A DNA stretch of 64,000 nucleotides, taken from the NCBI GenBank assembly GCA_046563655.1, contig CM102286.1, positions 13,144,001-13,208,000 of the forward strand. Direction: 5' to 3'. Made by a program: the position numbers and the translations under genes. Shown piece by piece: positions 25,501 to 40,800 of the stretch. The notes beneath the pieces are model-generated. The model did no database searches, was not told the origin of the DNA, and saw nothing but the letters and a program-made list of their open reading frames with translations. This DNA is from Yuukianura sp. NJ FZ-2021 (Eukaryota). The first letter of the stretch is position 1, and each line of letters begins with the position of its first letter.

Positions 25501-28500
25501 ATATCACGGGGGTTTGCCTTGGAAATGGCATTAGGATGAGAGGTAGAAGATGAGATCCAAATATTTTTTCTAGCTCGGATTCTTCATTTTTTTGTTCTGG
25601 GATGTGCCTATTCTTTTTGAAAACTGTTGTCGTCGATGTAGATTGATGAGGTTGTTGGCGTCATTTCAAGAAATTTGGAGAGTATGAACACGGTTGCCTT
25701 CGAATGAAGATGGAAGATGATTTGATCTGTATGTAGGTTTGTCTCTATTTTTTGTGTCTGCGCATATCTGACACTTTGCAGTGTCTTAACGAGGGCCTTG
25801 AATCATCTCGGAAACTTTGAAAGTTGTTGACGAGCTGCTGAGTATAATTTGATATACGGAAATGAGGATTGGCGAATTTGAAATCCGGGTATTTTTATGA
25901 TCTAAGAATAGGTGAGGCTAAGCACCTCATTCCTCATCCGAGTGCCAATATTTGCAATACGGAATCTCTTGTTTCATTTGGCAAACAAATGAAATTCAAA
26001 TAGCAAAAAGCAGGATCCATCCATCCATCCATTGCTGCTTGGTTTTTCATCAAAGACAAAGCGATAGGATGAGTGACATGCCGGGATAGGAGCGAAGGTG
26101 GAAGAAATCGGTTGCCAAGTGGTGCATTTTCGGTACTAATAAGTGGCTCATGATTTTAGTACTTCGTCATTTCTATTGTAATTCTATTTTGAGCGTCCAG
26201 GGTAAAAAACGGAATTTGAAATCGAAAAGTGCGAAGAAAAACTTCGGCGTTTGCTTTACTCGATATTATTTTTTAAGAATAGAACAGGTCTATTAGGTTT
26301 TTTTTTGAATCATTCCAAGTTCCAAATGGGACATCAATCAATCATTTTTTTGAAGTGTCAAGTTGAGAATTGGAGCACATTAAACTTTTTTCTTAAATTT
26401 CAAAATTCTGAGGTTCGATTTTTTCAAAATTTTCTGGCTGGTTGTTCCTCACGTGATTTTAGGACTTAATATTGAAGATAGTCTGGTTTTACAACTTTTG
26501 AATGTTTGAATGACTTTTGCCCAAAATCTGTGGCAGTGGCACTTAAAAATTTAAACACTTTGCCAATAATTGTTGACTTTTATATTGAAGTGAAGTGCCG
26601 GTCATGGCTGCTTGGTCGTGCTCCGGCAACTTTTAAACTTTAAGCGGTTTTGGCTCGTGCTTACTGCCGGCATGTTGTGTTTAATCTTGCTTTGATCCTT
26701 CATTTGGCTGCTTACGTGATGTAAGTGTGTCGTGTGACGAGACGAGGTTGTTCAAGTATTGACTTTCAGTCAAAAAATTTATTGGAGCTTCGCTGAGGTG
26801 GCGAAACTTAAAACAAGGCATTTGGACCCGCAGTTTTTTGAGAAGCATGGAAACTGCAATATTTTTTTTGGAATTTTATATACAAGAAAAGTTATATTTT
26901 AGAATGGAAGTTTCGTAAGTTCTGAAGCAATGAAGTGTTCTATTTTTTAGTGTCACTATTACCTTTCCATATTTTTTCCATTTGACCTTTTCATTTTCGG
27001 GTCAAGACGGATGAATCTTTGGAATTGCTGTTAGAAATGGCTGAGCGGGAGATTGATCTGATCAGATTGTGGGTGGAGGTCTGTAAGCCTCTCTTGTGTA
27101 GAAATCATTGATACTTCTGAAGGATCCTTCCAGGAAATACTGCTCAAGGGATCCAAGGTTCGATCAAAAGTGGCAGATGGAACAGAGCATTTTAGTAGTT
27201 GGATGGTGACGCCAGGGAAGCACAAGATTTATAAAAGAAGACAATCAAGCAAAGGCCAAAGGTCATGGAGGGGAACACCTACGGCTTTATGGCGACACGT
27301 TTCTTGAATTTTTCTTATTCTTTGCCTTTGTACTTCCCTTTTATCCAAGTATAAAAAGATTCAAAGTTTAGTTTTGAGAGCGTAATATTGTTGTGATGTT
27401 GAGGTATAACATTGTTAAGGATGTTAATCTACCTTGCCCATTATACTCTCACTTACTTTAGTTACTACGGGGAAAAATAAGAAATTTTAACAATAACAAG
27501 TCCCACGACCCACCCACGACCCACCAAAAATAAGATCTTCTCACTTTTAGAAACTTTTTTGATGGACCGACTAACTTTTTATTGTCAAAAGTTTGTTTTT
27601 TGTTCGTATTGTACTTTATGACAAATTCTCTGGAAGCAAGTTTTATTACAACTTTTGATTTTTTGTCATCTTTTTCATCTGGATTTTTTTTATAGGAATC
27701 CTTTCTTTTTAAATTTTGAAACTTTTGCTTTTGGAAAAGAGTTGATGGTTGTCTTCACAGTTGGAAGTCACAAGAAAGTGTAGTAGCGTTGCGACATTTG
27801 AACATGATGTGGATTTGCCTACTATAAGTTTAAGTTTTAAGCAAAAAATAAGATTTATTGGCTGTAAAAGCTCTTTGGCCAGGTGAAAGTGCCAAAGCAG
27901 TTTGAAACTTACAAGTTTACAACTATATTTTTGTCGTCTTCATTTTTATGGAACGTAATTAACAAAAAACTTTTTTGATGTGGCGTAAAACACTAAAAAG
28001 TTAAAATGTATCAATGTCACCTTCATTTTTTAGAGTCAGAGTCATTGTTCAGTAAGTTTCATGGTCAAGGGCTCCTGATGGAAAAAAAATTCAGGATCAG
28101 TGTCAGTGGTAAAGTGAAGAGCACTTGAACTAAAATAATAAAATCATGGAGGGGGTACTTCAAGGGCTCCAGTTGATGAATTTGTAGTTTCTAACCCTTT
28201 GGTAGTGACAAAAAAGCTGAAAAATTGAAACGTTTGAAGTTTTGTTTAGTTGAGTTTTAGTAATTTTGGAAATGTGTTTTTCATAAAATTTTGAGCTGCT
28301 TGAGTGTGGTGGTGCTAATTAAGCGGAAGCAATTCTTTGCGCTTGAGATTTTTCATTTTTTTTGAAAGCGTAACGATAGGTGCAATTTCATGTTTTAAAA
28401 AGAGAGGGTAACAACCAGAACCAGGGAGAAAAAAGTTAGAGAAGGGGTTGAAGTGGGTTACAAGATGAAATTTAGGGGTAAAAAGCCTTAGAAAGTGAAT

Positions 28501-28857
28501 TAACCCTTGTTGCATGTGTGAGTGCATGTGCCAGACACGCGTCTGTGTCTATTCAAACATTCCCGCACTCTTTTTTAAAAAGTGGAAGTTTAGATGAGAA
28601 AAGGCTTTTCTTAAAAAACTGAAAAAAGAGTTTCCTGGATATCCGTGTAATCGTATAGGGTTTTTAACCCGATTCTCCGGGACAATGGACACGAGTAGAA
28701 AAGTGTGTAAGAAGAAAGAAGAAAGAGTTGAAAAGATTTTTTGTAAAAGGATAGATTTTTTAGAAAAGAAAGTGGATTGAATTGAAATTTTGGAGTAAAT
28801 TGATTATTTTCTGTGATTTTTCAAAATTTTATTTTGCTTTTCTTTCTGTTTGAATAG

Positions 28858-31800
28858 TCGGGGCCTGAAAATGATTTGAGTGATGAGGATGATGACTCGA
28901 GGCTTTCAAATAATTCTCGCGGTGACATCAAACCAGCTCTTGATCCAGAATTTATGGCAAGACTAAAAGAAGTAAGTTGAATTTTCAAAAAAAAAAGTTT
29001 CGTTTTTTTGAAAACAGTTTTTGAAAAAATTTCAGCACGGAATGCAATTTGGACAAGACGATTTGGAGCGTCTTCCATTCTTTTTTCCAAATCCACATTT
29101 GATGGCTTCACAATTGGCTGCTGCAGCGGCGGCTGCAAAAGTAAAAGACATGGGAGACTTGAGCAGGGTAAAATTTTCAATTTTTTTAAAAGTTGAACTT
29201 CAAATTGTTTTGTTTGAATTTTTTAAAAACAAATGTTGGATATATTTATTATTGTAATTTGAAATTTCAGGAGAGATCTCCGTTGAGGGGCTACGCAGAT
29301 GAATCGCTTCCAGCCAATGCACCACACTCTGACTCATCCTCTTCAACATCTTCACAACAAACATGGAGCTTTGAGGAACAGTTTAAGCAGGTTAGTTTTT
29401 CAAAACTTTTTTTTTTCTAGTTTTTTCAAAATTTAGAATTTCTATTTCCGTCTTCCTCTTCCTCCATTGCATCGTTAAGTTTTAGAAACCTGGAGGGAAG
29501 AAAACTGAAATTAACAGAAGGGGAAACAAATCTTTCCTTGTGCATCTTCCGCTTTTTTCACTCTTCCCCCACTTTTTCCCTATTTCTGGAAACGTTATCA
29601 AGATGCTTATCATTTCAAAGATGAACGGAGCAGAAGTTCTCCGGATTTTACCCGGGTTTTGTGTGTGACATGACCCTCCTTTACCAAAACTGAATTCGGC
29701 ATGGACTTCTGGTGCGCACACTTTTGTGCTGCGCAAACTCGTGCCTGTAGTCATCTGTTTCCATCCAGATCTCTCCTCCTCTTTTTTTTGTCCCGAAAAC
29801 GGAAAGTTAATTTTCAAAATTGTTTGATTTGACGGATAAGACAAGAAAATTTTAGTATGCAGTACAGATGGGATGCAACGGGAAAAGACAAATGAAATGT
29901 TTCTTCAGAGGTGCCATATTACTGTGTGATATTGACTCTAAACTGGAAGTTTAAACTTCATATTACGAATAGTTTTCTTTCCCGAGAGAGCGGGAAGTTC
30001 ATATTATCGGAATACTTTTGAACAGAACGGGTTGGAATGCCCGAATTCCCGCTTTTTTTTTGCTACGCTTGAGAAAATGGTGATGGTTTAGAGGTCTTTG
30101 GAAATTAAAATTCTCTGTCTTGTTCCGTAAGTTCAATTTATCTCGTCGAAGTTGTCGACACTGGAATGAGAAGTAGTTTTTTTTTCTAGTCTGGCCATGT
30201 CCTGGAAGGCAATTCATCAACTTACAAGTCCGTCTCCTTTACACCAATTCCCACAATATATCTTCCAAGATCATCAATTCACTTTCACCCTGGTCCTTCA
30301 TCTCCTTTCTCCTCTTTTCTCAGATTATATTGCGTTTTTCTGTTGATAGGTTACGGAAAAAGATATCCATTTTATTTTTACTTTCCAAAATGGCGTGACC
30401 CAGGAACATTTCAAACCGGGAAAATCAAATTAAGGGCTCCTACTACTCTGTTTTTTCTGTTCCAAGGGGGAGGGTACTTCTGTTTGTGTGCAATTTTTCA
30501 AAGGAAGTGAAAGTTCTCTCTCTCAAGTCTCATTTCATGGAATGAGATGATTTGAAGTTTGAGAAAAAGAAAGAGTGAAAGGAGAAAAAAGAGGAACTGA
30601 AATTACGACAACTTTTAGATTTTGAGAAACTGATGAAGTTTTTCGCCGTTTTTTCCCTTTTTAGTTTTCTGTGTTTTTTTAGATCGTTGCTGTTTTAGGT
30701 TTATTTTGCACTTTTCTGTCTCATTTCCTCGCAAAAGGAAAATTTAAATTGCTTTCGTCATTTCTTGTTTTTCTGGATATTAGAGACGTTCATCTTCGAA
30801 AATTATCCACTTCACATTACTTAAGTATTTTCTAAAAACTTAGTTTCTTAATAGGAAAAAAATGAAATTTTGAGAGAAATAATAATAATTTGACGCTGAA
30901 GGTTTCAATTTTTGTTTAAAAATCCATTTCAAAAAAATGGATCCTTTATCTTGGCAGGAAGTTTAATTATTATTGTTTTTTATTTTTTTATTTTGTCGTT
31001 AGATGCACAATTTGTTAGTGTATTGGTTTAGTACTCCCCTCATAGCTTTTTTTCTGTTTGATCATTGATTCTGCCATCCTGTTCAGTGAAATGAAAAATT
31101 ATGAATTGGATTTTAGTTACTCCCACGGTAGAACTGGTTGGATTTCTGGGAATGTGTTATAATGCTGACTTAATCGAGTGGGAAATAAGTGTTTAATGAG
31201 GCGGGTGTGATGCTGGTGGTGGGTGATGATGAGGAAAGATAATTCACACTAAATCCAAAAAATGTAGTTGGATTTGTTTGCTTTTTTCGTTGAGATTGTA
31301 CGAGGGATCAAGAGTCAGTACTAAATACACATGTCGTAACAAAGTGTTTTTGGCACAGAAAGGAATATGGTGAAGGATGCTGTTGATGTTCATCCAGTTC
31401 TGAAATTGATCCCTTCGTATCATGTACGGCCTTTCGATCAATTAATCATTCTCAATCACTTATAAAAGCTGGGCGGGAATTTTGAAATAGGAGACGGAGA
31501 GAGGGGATCGTCGATTAAATAAAAGGCAATAAGGCTTGTGTCAACTGTCACTTTTTCAGTTTTTATCTAAACATAACCTCAGAGGTGACTTTGTATTTAT
31601 TGCATTGTAGATTCAAAACGTCGTCGAAAATTTTATGTAAGTTTTTGCTTAAAATTTAAGGATTTTCAATTAGTTTTTTTTTTCATCTTTGTGCCAAACT
31701 GGACTTTCTCCAGCAAGAAAAAGTTTTCCCTGATTTATTTATCGAATTATGGAAGTCAAGGCTAATTTTCGCTTAAAAATTTGTTTCAATTTTAAGATGA

Positions 31801-34800
31801 AAATTAATTTTTAGTTTGAATTTTTTTGAATTCTATAAAATGTAGTCTATGTTGGAAGAAATTTTCTTGGTGCGACTGTGCGGGAGTATGTTGGATGTTG
31901 GCTTGTGCATTACCGTCATTGTTCTCATTGTGTCTGGAGTAGGAATAGGCTTTAAATTGGTTCTGAATGGAATAAAGAAGGGAGATGAAAGTGAGGGATA
32001 AGAATAGAACTGGCTCCTGCCAATCCCTAATAGACATGTTACGGCTTCAACCCTGTATCCATGTCGACTACAAACGTTCTAACGATATTTCCAACCTTCC
32101 CGCCTTTTTTTTCGTATGATGTTTTCTCTGGTTAGAAAGTATGCGTAGTAAACTCCTTTCCCAGCGTGGGATTCTGACCATCAGCTCCGGTCATTCCCGC
32201 CACACAAAATTTCATGGTCCACTCTTCCGTGGGGCTCCTCCATTGTTTGTAATTCTGGAAATTGATTAAGGACCACTGATTTCTGTTTGGTTAGAGGCCT
32301 AATGCTATAAGGTGAGGGAGCAGTTAACAGTTTTCCGTTTGAACGTAACAAATTGAGTTTCATTTCATTTGTTCATTTGAGAGAGAGTTTGAAATTGTAG
32401 TAGTAGTGGGAGAGATGAAGGTTTTTGATGATTCTATTATTGGAAAAGTGACACTACACTCCTCGGAAACTACTAAATTCCAATTTCCAATTCTGGAAAT
32501 TCTGTGACCATTAACCCCTCTGCACCCTGGCCACAAAAGCATCTGCTTCCGAACCATCATCTCGTGAGCTGTATACTTTCCAACAGCCTCTGAATCAATT
32601 AAAGTTATTTAGACAAGAGGCATGACAGTTGATGCTAATTGAAATTTAGACGGAGAATGACCTAGGGCAGACAGTTTTCAACCCTACGTTTTTCAGTTTG
32701 AAAATGCGCGGGCATTAGGTTCTAATCGGTTATAGCTAGAGTTAGAGATCATCCATTTGTTAGACTAGGCAAAAAAAAGTTAGGGAAAAGTGCGGATGTG
32801 AAAGATGGAGATGATATGACAGTGATGTATTCTTGTCCATTAAAAAGGCAAGGGATGTGAATTTGAGTTTGTTCAATTTGTTTGAATTTCCATTTTCATA
32901 TTGGATTTGAAGTCCAAAATTGATGGTGAGGACAATTTTTTATAAATGGATTTTTATGATGTTGACTTTTTGTGTGTGCATGCGGTGGGAAATGGGAATG
33001 AAGCGGTTGGAGATGTGAAACAATGTAAATAAAAGAACGAAAGATGAGAAAGGAAATCTATCAAGTTCAAACAAAGGCTTTTTGCCTGTATTTAGTCAGG
33101 AAATCAATAACCTATATCAAAATATTTGCATTTTACTAATTCAACAATGAGATGAGAACAGAAATGTACAGTGTGTTTTTGGTAAAAAGTTATGAGCGGA
33201 AGGTGGAATATGCAGAATTTTGATTGGCGGGAATATGAAACGGGACGTAAAAGGATCTGTTTGCTTTAGGTTTTAATATTTGTGTTAAATTTTTCGAATT
33301 TTTTTGGTTTCCATAAGTTTTGCATTAGCCGTTACCTTAAATTCTCGATTATAACGTCAAATTTTTCTATGCATAAAATTCGTTTCGAAAAGGAAAAATA
33401 GCAAATCTTCGATTCTTTTTTGTTTTCACTAATGTGTTTTTCAATAAATTTTACTTAAAACCGACTCTGCACTACATTTCACCGACTATAATATGTATAT
33501 TTACCGCCTGTTTTAAACTTTTACTAGCCGTTTTAAACTTTTACGGGCTGTGTTACCAACTTACGAACTATATTCTAAAGTTTTACCGGCTGTTTTAAAT
33601 TTTTACCGGCTATGTTGTAAATGCTTACCGGCTATGTTGTAAAGGTTTCCGGCTATGTTGTAAATGCTTACCGGCTGTTGTAAATTTTTACCGACTGTGT
33701 TAGTGCAAAGCTATCTATCGCTTATATTACAAATTACCTACGTTACCGCTTACATTAACGTATGCGTACATTAGCGTGAATCTACGTTAGCGTATACAAT
33801 TAAGAATTGGACTTTGGTTTATGTACACGCATTGCTAATTGTTTTGGTAATCAGGTAGGTTGTAGTAGAGGAGCGGTATAAATAGTTAGGCTGACGTAGG
33901 AGAGCGTAAATGCAGAAATTATTCTACTTGCAGAGGTGGGCATTAAGGGAGAGAAGTTGGCGTAATGACACCTCCATTTGCATTAATTGATGAGACTGAT
34001 TTCTTCTTTTGGCAAGTTAATGTAGATAGTAATTAGAGGTAATTTCATGAAATATTTATAACCTCAAGGAACAAAGTTAAACACTGGCACAAAGTACATT
34101 CTCCGTAGGAAAACTTTTGGTCTTGTCTTGTTGGATTCTGGTATTTGTAATCATAGTAGTATTCTGAATTGGTTGTCATTACTTTTAATGTACATCCGTC
34201 CGTTGGTTATGTTCCACTCCGGAGTCCAAAGTCCGTTAAAGAAAATTTTAAACTTTTAAGTGGGAAAGATGATGTAAGATGATGACTATGGAGTGGGCAG
34301 AAAGCGGGAGCAAAAGTTCAAAAGTTTTATTAGAATGATTATGGTATGAAAAATAAAAAATGGACGTCAAGGATTAACTCCAAGGAGGAGGATCTGTTCT
34401 GGTTGAAAAAGAAACACGAAATTCCTCATGCAATTTAGAACCAGATTTTAATAATTGAGATTCAGAATGGCGGCCATGTTGGAATATGCAGGAGGCTGAA
34501 ACAGATTTTTATTGGAGTTCATAAGAACTGGACTGACGGACTCTGAAGGTTTTTGTACTTATGTGAGGGAGGGCTGGTTCAAAAAAGTGCTTGAACCGGG
34601 GGATGATTACTACTAATCTCCATTAGATTTTATGTTATTGTAATGTCTTCCACTTCCCATCTTCTTTGGCCCTTGGCTTGTCCATACCATGTCTTGTAAT
34701 CTTGGGCTTCAATTTTGGGTCATGCGCGTAGTTATGGTTATGATTTTCCTTGGAATTTTGTCTTACTGCTAACCATTTTGAAAACAAATTACAAATAACG

Positions 34801-37800
34801 TTGGTTGGTTCTTGGAATTTAATGGAGGCCAAAAGAAACTTATCGTTTATCCTGCCTATTACGTAATCCTGAGTTTTTGGAATACCGGGTGATTCAAAAG
34901 TTCTGGATAGCACTTGACGTTCTAATACAAATCACTCGCAAAGGTAGTTTCAAGTTCGACATGTGTGAGCATGGATTTCTGTTTCCGTTGCGCCTTGCGC
35001 AGCTTTTGCAGAGTTTTGTAAATTTTTGTCAGTTCAGTATGGAGGGAGAATAATGGCAGATTTTTGAGATTGGAAATTTGGAAATTTTTTGCCAAGTTTT
35101 GAATTTGAATTTAATTTTTCTGGTTTGAAATTTTTTGGAGTTCGAATTTGAAAAAATTTTGGAGGTAGTTAACCCAGTGGTTTTCCGTCACGTCAGGCGC
35201 ATACAATGACGCATAGTTCGTCTGCTCTGAGATTCCGTGATGGTGGAGCTGGTAGAGGGTGAATTCGAGTCATGAATATTAAATGTTATTTACGCATTAA
35301 ACAAAGACAGAGGTTTCATTTAAGTGGGATGATTAGCTTTAGCTCTCGTCTATTGTTTACTTTTGGCTCTGCCCATTGCATAAACTTTATCAAATAATTC
35401 TCCACCCATCCGGTTTGAATCTGGAATTTGATGACATCCCTCACCACCACAAGTGATTCAACACTTTGTATTCATCTGTTGTTCCTCATTAATGCCTCTA
35501 TGCATGCCACTATTTCATTATAACCAAACACTCTTTTAATGACATCTTGGAACCTGTGATAATTTTTATGGTCATGACTGTTTAAACTTTGAATTGGCGC
35601 ATGTACAATTTCCAAGGTGCCAAGACACATTTATTATTCGTCGGAATTTGGAGTTGAAATTACAAAGTTTAGAAAATTCAAATTTTAAGTTACCAAATTT
35701 AAGTTTACAAACTACCACTTAAAAATTTTTGAGATTTTCTGGAGAAACTTGTGCTGGTACAGTTGCCCCTCCATAAAATTTCAGAAAATTGAAACATTTT
35801 TTTCATTTTTGTTTTCTTTTATTTTCCAAATTAGCCAAAAGTTTTACAGCATTTTTATGTCGGAATGACCTGGACGAATGGAATTCGAATTTGTTTAATT
35901 GTATTCTCTGAATAAATATAAAATGTGAAGGGATGTTGAGGCCTGATCTCTCCAAAGTTGAAGTTATTAGAGTCCAAGTCATAAATTTTGTCGCAAATAA
36001 AAGATTGAAGCGTCCACGCCCTTCGAGCCTTTTTCTCCCTCTTTCTGTCCAGATACTCAATTGTACGGGTTTTGAAGCTTTTCCGCCGTGTTTTGTTCAT
36101 CTCTCTCCTAAAAACCTTTTTAAGTTCTCAGAATTTGAAACGAGAGAGATGCACCACCACAACTAATAAATTATAATTCCAAATAACAAGCAGGGAGAAG
36201 ATGAACAAAAAAAATTAAAAGTTCAAAATGAGCAATCAATTACAATGGAGACTTGTGGAGTCTCCTAAGTTGATGATGCTTAGGCTTACAAGTCCAGTAT
36301 AAAGTAAGAATTGAAGCTTATAAAGGATTTTTAATCACGACGAAGGCTTCTACCTTGTTTGTCCTTGATGAGATTTGTTGAATACTTGTTCATTGTTAAG
36401 TATTTTTTTTATATTGTTAAAAGTTATTCAATGATATTGCAGTAATTATTTATTGGAGGGATGAAATTGATTGTCTCTATTTGTTTCTGCCCTAAGCAGT
36501 TTCTCCCTCCTTCCTGCGTGTTAATTCCAAATAAAATCTTCAGGGGTGGTAAATTTTATTCTGCTGAGCTGTGTAAAGTGCTTCTAATCGCTCCTGGGGG
36601 CTCTCAGATTTGAAATAATACAAAACAATGCTACTTAAGGTTACAAACGTCATAACTAGGCTTAACATACCTGGACTTTGGACTTTTTTAAACTAATTTT
36701 TGGCAAATTGAGAATCAACTGGATTTGTTCGCTTTTTAAATTATAAAAGATTTCAAACTGCAATTGTTTGCCAAAAGGCAAACATGCTTTCTCGGCGTGC
36801 TCGGAAACTAAATGCAAGGCTTCTGTGCAGTGGGTTTTGCACATTAAAAATGGTTACTTCTTTGAAATCTTTTTGGATGAGCCTAGAGTAAACGCAGATG
36901 AATAGAGAATAATTTTTGATTGCAAAAGATGAGACAGTTTTTTTGTATTGTTGGATTTAGCAGGCTATTGTTAAAATTTTGAACAATGGAAATTTTACGA
37001 TTTGTCTGTTCCGTGGTTGTTTGGTTTCCATGTATAGAAAATTGGAGCTTCGGGTGGTACAACAGCACCAAAATTTTGGCTGAAATTTTTAGCGTGTATC
37101 TGGCAAAACAATTTTTATAGGCCCTTGATTCTCCTAAATTAGCCTCATCTCGAAGCAAATGTTGTCATTGGAAGTTAAACTTGTCTTGGCGGCTTCCTTT
37201 TGATCTGGGCGTACATAGTCTATGTAGTGTGTGAATTTGAGATGTGTGAGATTGCTTCGGATTGGTTAGATTTCGTTAACTTGCAGCTTCTAGATTCGAG
37301 CATGCTCTTTTTGTCGTTAATAAAATTTGGGAGAATGAGAAACAATTGGATTTGATGTGGAGAATTAATGATGTTGGGAAATATAAATATATAGTTAGTA
37401 TTGCGAGGGTTAAGTGAACATTCTTTTCAAGATGAACGGCACTGCTCGTGCTTCTGCTGAAATTGCAGTTGAAGTTATTTTTTGGAGTGCTCTGAATAAG
37501 AACATAACAACAAGTGAAATTGTTTTTATGACTATTGTTTTCGTGTATGTATTTTTTATTTTAGAAAAAATAATGTCCAAAGTGTATTATTAGGATAGGG
37601 AGACGGAGAACGGGAATTTTAATGTGAAAAGATGAATACACGGAGTTACTTTGATTCTCGCGTTGGAAATTGTTCGAAATTTTGAGGATTTTAAAACCAA
37701 TCAAAAAATTTTAAGAAAAAAGACGAAAAGATCATTGGGATTATACATAGATAGGTCGAATGCGTTGGTGTTAATTTTCTCCAGCGTTATTGTTTCGTTT

Positions 37801-40800
37801 TTTTTTCTTCGTTTTTATGTTGTTCATTAACCCTGAAAAAAGATCCACTACTGGCTACAATTTTGAAAAGCATTTTTTTCCCTTTTCTAGGTGGATAACA
37901 TTAGAAGTGGTTACATAAGAATTAACGTTCTTCGATGTTTCATAACTGCCCCAAAATGTGTACGTTTTTCGACTTCAAAGTTCAAAATTAAAAGAGTTTT
38001 TTCAGTTATTATTTTCTTCAAAGAAAGTCTCATTTTTTCTATAACATTTGCTTTTTTTGTAAGTTGATTGAAAGAATTAATACTTAATGCAGCATTATTA
38101 ATTTGCGACTCTATCTCAACAAATTTTTGAATCCAATTTTTCTATCTAATTTTTTTCTGGAATATGATGACATATTTGGTTTTGGTTTTTAAATTTTATC
38201 CGGCGTGAGTTAAATGTTATTTTGACTTTCTGAAATTTTTTATTAAGGTGTAGATAAATGCTGTGGATTTTTTTATAACAATTAATTGTTATAAAATATT
38301 TTTTGTTGGGGTGAATGTAACTCGCATGTGGATGTAAATTGTAGTGGATTTGTTTTTATAGTGGAAACTGACTGAGACTAATTGCGTGATTTTTGTTTTG
38401 GAGTGTTGGCTATCAAAGATTGAAAGTCCATTCCTATTAGGCAATGATTAAAGGACTCTGATCATGCTTTTAGCTCTCTCCAATTGTTCAAATTACTTTT
38501 TTGGCTTGGGTTTCACAGTCATCATCATCAATACCTTTCCTCTTAAATGGAATTCAACCATTCCAAACTTTTTTTTAAATCGTTTTTGTACCTTATCCTG
38601 CTTTGACTTTGTACAAATTCCCAGTAATGCATAGGTACGGTACGAGTGCCAGGGAGAGTAAAAGCGTTGGAAGGTTTAAAGAGAAGTGCTTGACACCCTG
38701 TGAATAATTTTCCTATTAATTCATTGTACAATTTTCCATTTTCTTCACTTTACGCTCCTAATTTACAAAAAAGAGAAACAATTTGAAGTTATAAAGAATC
38801 ATAAAAGTTTTTAATCCTTTCTTAAAATGTCGTTTTATGATGGTTGAGAAGTATGGAGAGGCACTTTGGAATTGAAAAGTTTTTGTTAAGTTGGAGTGTG
38901 GGCTTAAATTGGCGCTTGTAAATTTGTTAAAATTTCATTTCAAAAGTAGTTAATTGAAAAGTTAATTCTCTAAAGTGGACTTCAGCCTAAGCGTGACGTA
39001 AACTTTGTAAAAAGTGAAAATGTTTCCAAAGAGGCTTTTAAATTTTTAAAATATAATAATAAAAAGATCCCGCTATCTAATCATAAATTGGTGAGAGTTT
39101 TTTTTGTTGTGTTGAGAGTTTATACATCTTTGCCCATCCCATTTAATTAAACGTCTGTGCTAATGAATAATGAAGATTAAATTTCTTTTAAAATAAATTT
39201 CATAGTATAATCTACTGAATTATTGGGGTTTTATAAGGTAGGAGGGGGTTGTTTAAATTACAAAGTTGTTGATTAACATTAAGGTGGGGAGGAAACAATA
39301 GAGGATGGAAGTTCTTTGTAGTGAAACCAGTAGCTCATCTATCTTTTCATCAGTTCATGAAAAAGTAATTTCCAATTCTGCATTATTGATTTTGATTAAC
39401 AAGCCTTGTTTTTGATTTATTTGACCATTTTGGAACAAAAATTTAATTCATTCATTTTTGATTTTTTTTTTGTGGGCTTGTTCAACAAGAGTTTTTTTTT
39501 TCCAAAGCAAAACGTTATTAGAGAATATTTGAAGTTATTGAAAGCAATTGATTTTTTTTTGCTGAGAGGAGTTTTGGCAAGAACATTTTTTTTTTGGCGC
39601 CAAAATTCTTTTTGGCGATTTTTGGAGTTGAGGTGTGACCGGGGTTTAAAGTGCAGATTTCATGAAAAGACAAATAAGATCTCATTGTTTGGGAGGTTGA
39701 TTGGTTCCGTGGGCGTATGAATTGCTTGATTAATTAACAAACCTTAAAATTTTGTTTTGAAATTTTTTTTTCAAAATTTTGATGAGTGGGTGGAGATGAT
39801 CTAATGCACAAGCGTGTTATCTTTACAAGTTTTTCCGTATTATTTTGAAAGATGCGATGCCATGTCAAGGGCTCATTTGCTCCGAATCTCTTCATCCCTC
39901 CGCCCTTTGATTCATTGTGTGAATTCAGAGATCTAAAAACTCTCCGCCTCGCGCCTAGTTAATAATTTTATATGACAATCTCATTTAACAAGGGAGAAAA
40001 CACCCTCTTTCATCTCCATCAAGCGCCTGGGCCCTTCTGAAAAAAAAATCGGGCCCTTGGATCTAGTATTCTCCCTTCTGGCATTTGTTTCATAAAAAGT
40101 GGAAAAAACGGGAGAGTTAGTTAGGGAAAACATTAGCATATTTTTCATGCATAGATAAACTATAAATCTAATATATTATTTAGAAAAGTGTCAGGGAATG
40201 GAAATAAATATTATATTAAATTGTGATATTATTTTTCTCAAATTTATCAGTCATTAATCTCGTGGAGTCCAACTTTTCTCATCTCTGCTGACATTTCTCA
40301 AATTAACGCAAAGGTGTATTTAGTTAGGTGCAGGAAATTTCATATTACCTTTAGTAAAGGCTAGTCGACTAGGTTGAAATTTTCTTGTTTTGAAGGCGCA
40401 TGGACAAAGGGACGGTGAAAAAGTGAAGGAACGCTGTAGTTTAGTAACGAATAATCTTGTAACACGCAATGGTGTGTTCTGGAAGGAGTCCTTATATAAG
40501 TTACATCCTTAAATTCTAAATAATTCTCAGGTATCATGATGTAATATCAGACAGATGAGAAATGCTGCTCAACTTACTTAATTTTCCATCTACTACTAGT
40601 ACTTTAGGTGCATTTCCTGAGACTTATACTCGATTAACGTTAGGCTTTTGTTTTTTGGCTATGCTCAATTTATTGTCGAATGTCGTGCAATTTACAGATG
40701 AATCTTCAGGCAGGTTTTTAGCCAAAGCTCCATTTTGTGCAGTTTTCATTTTTACTTAAGTTCATGGGCTTCACCGGAATTTTAATTTAAATGATCAATT

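Noticed and set aside
34466..34480. AATGGCGGCCATGTT, a double YY1/Pho-like site in the ARID3 intron
   Set aside because: A single isolated motif is not enough to call a Polycomb response element.
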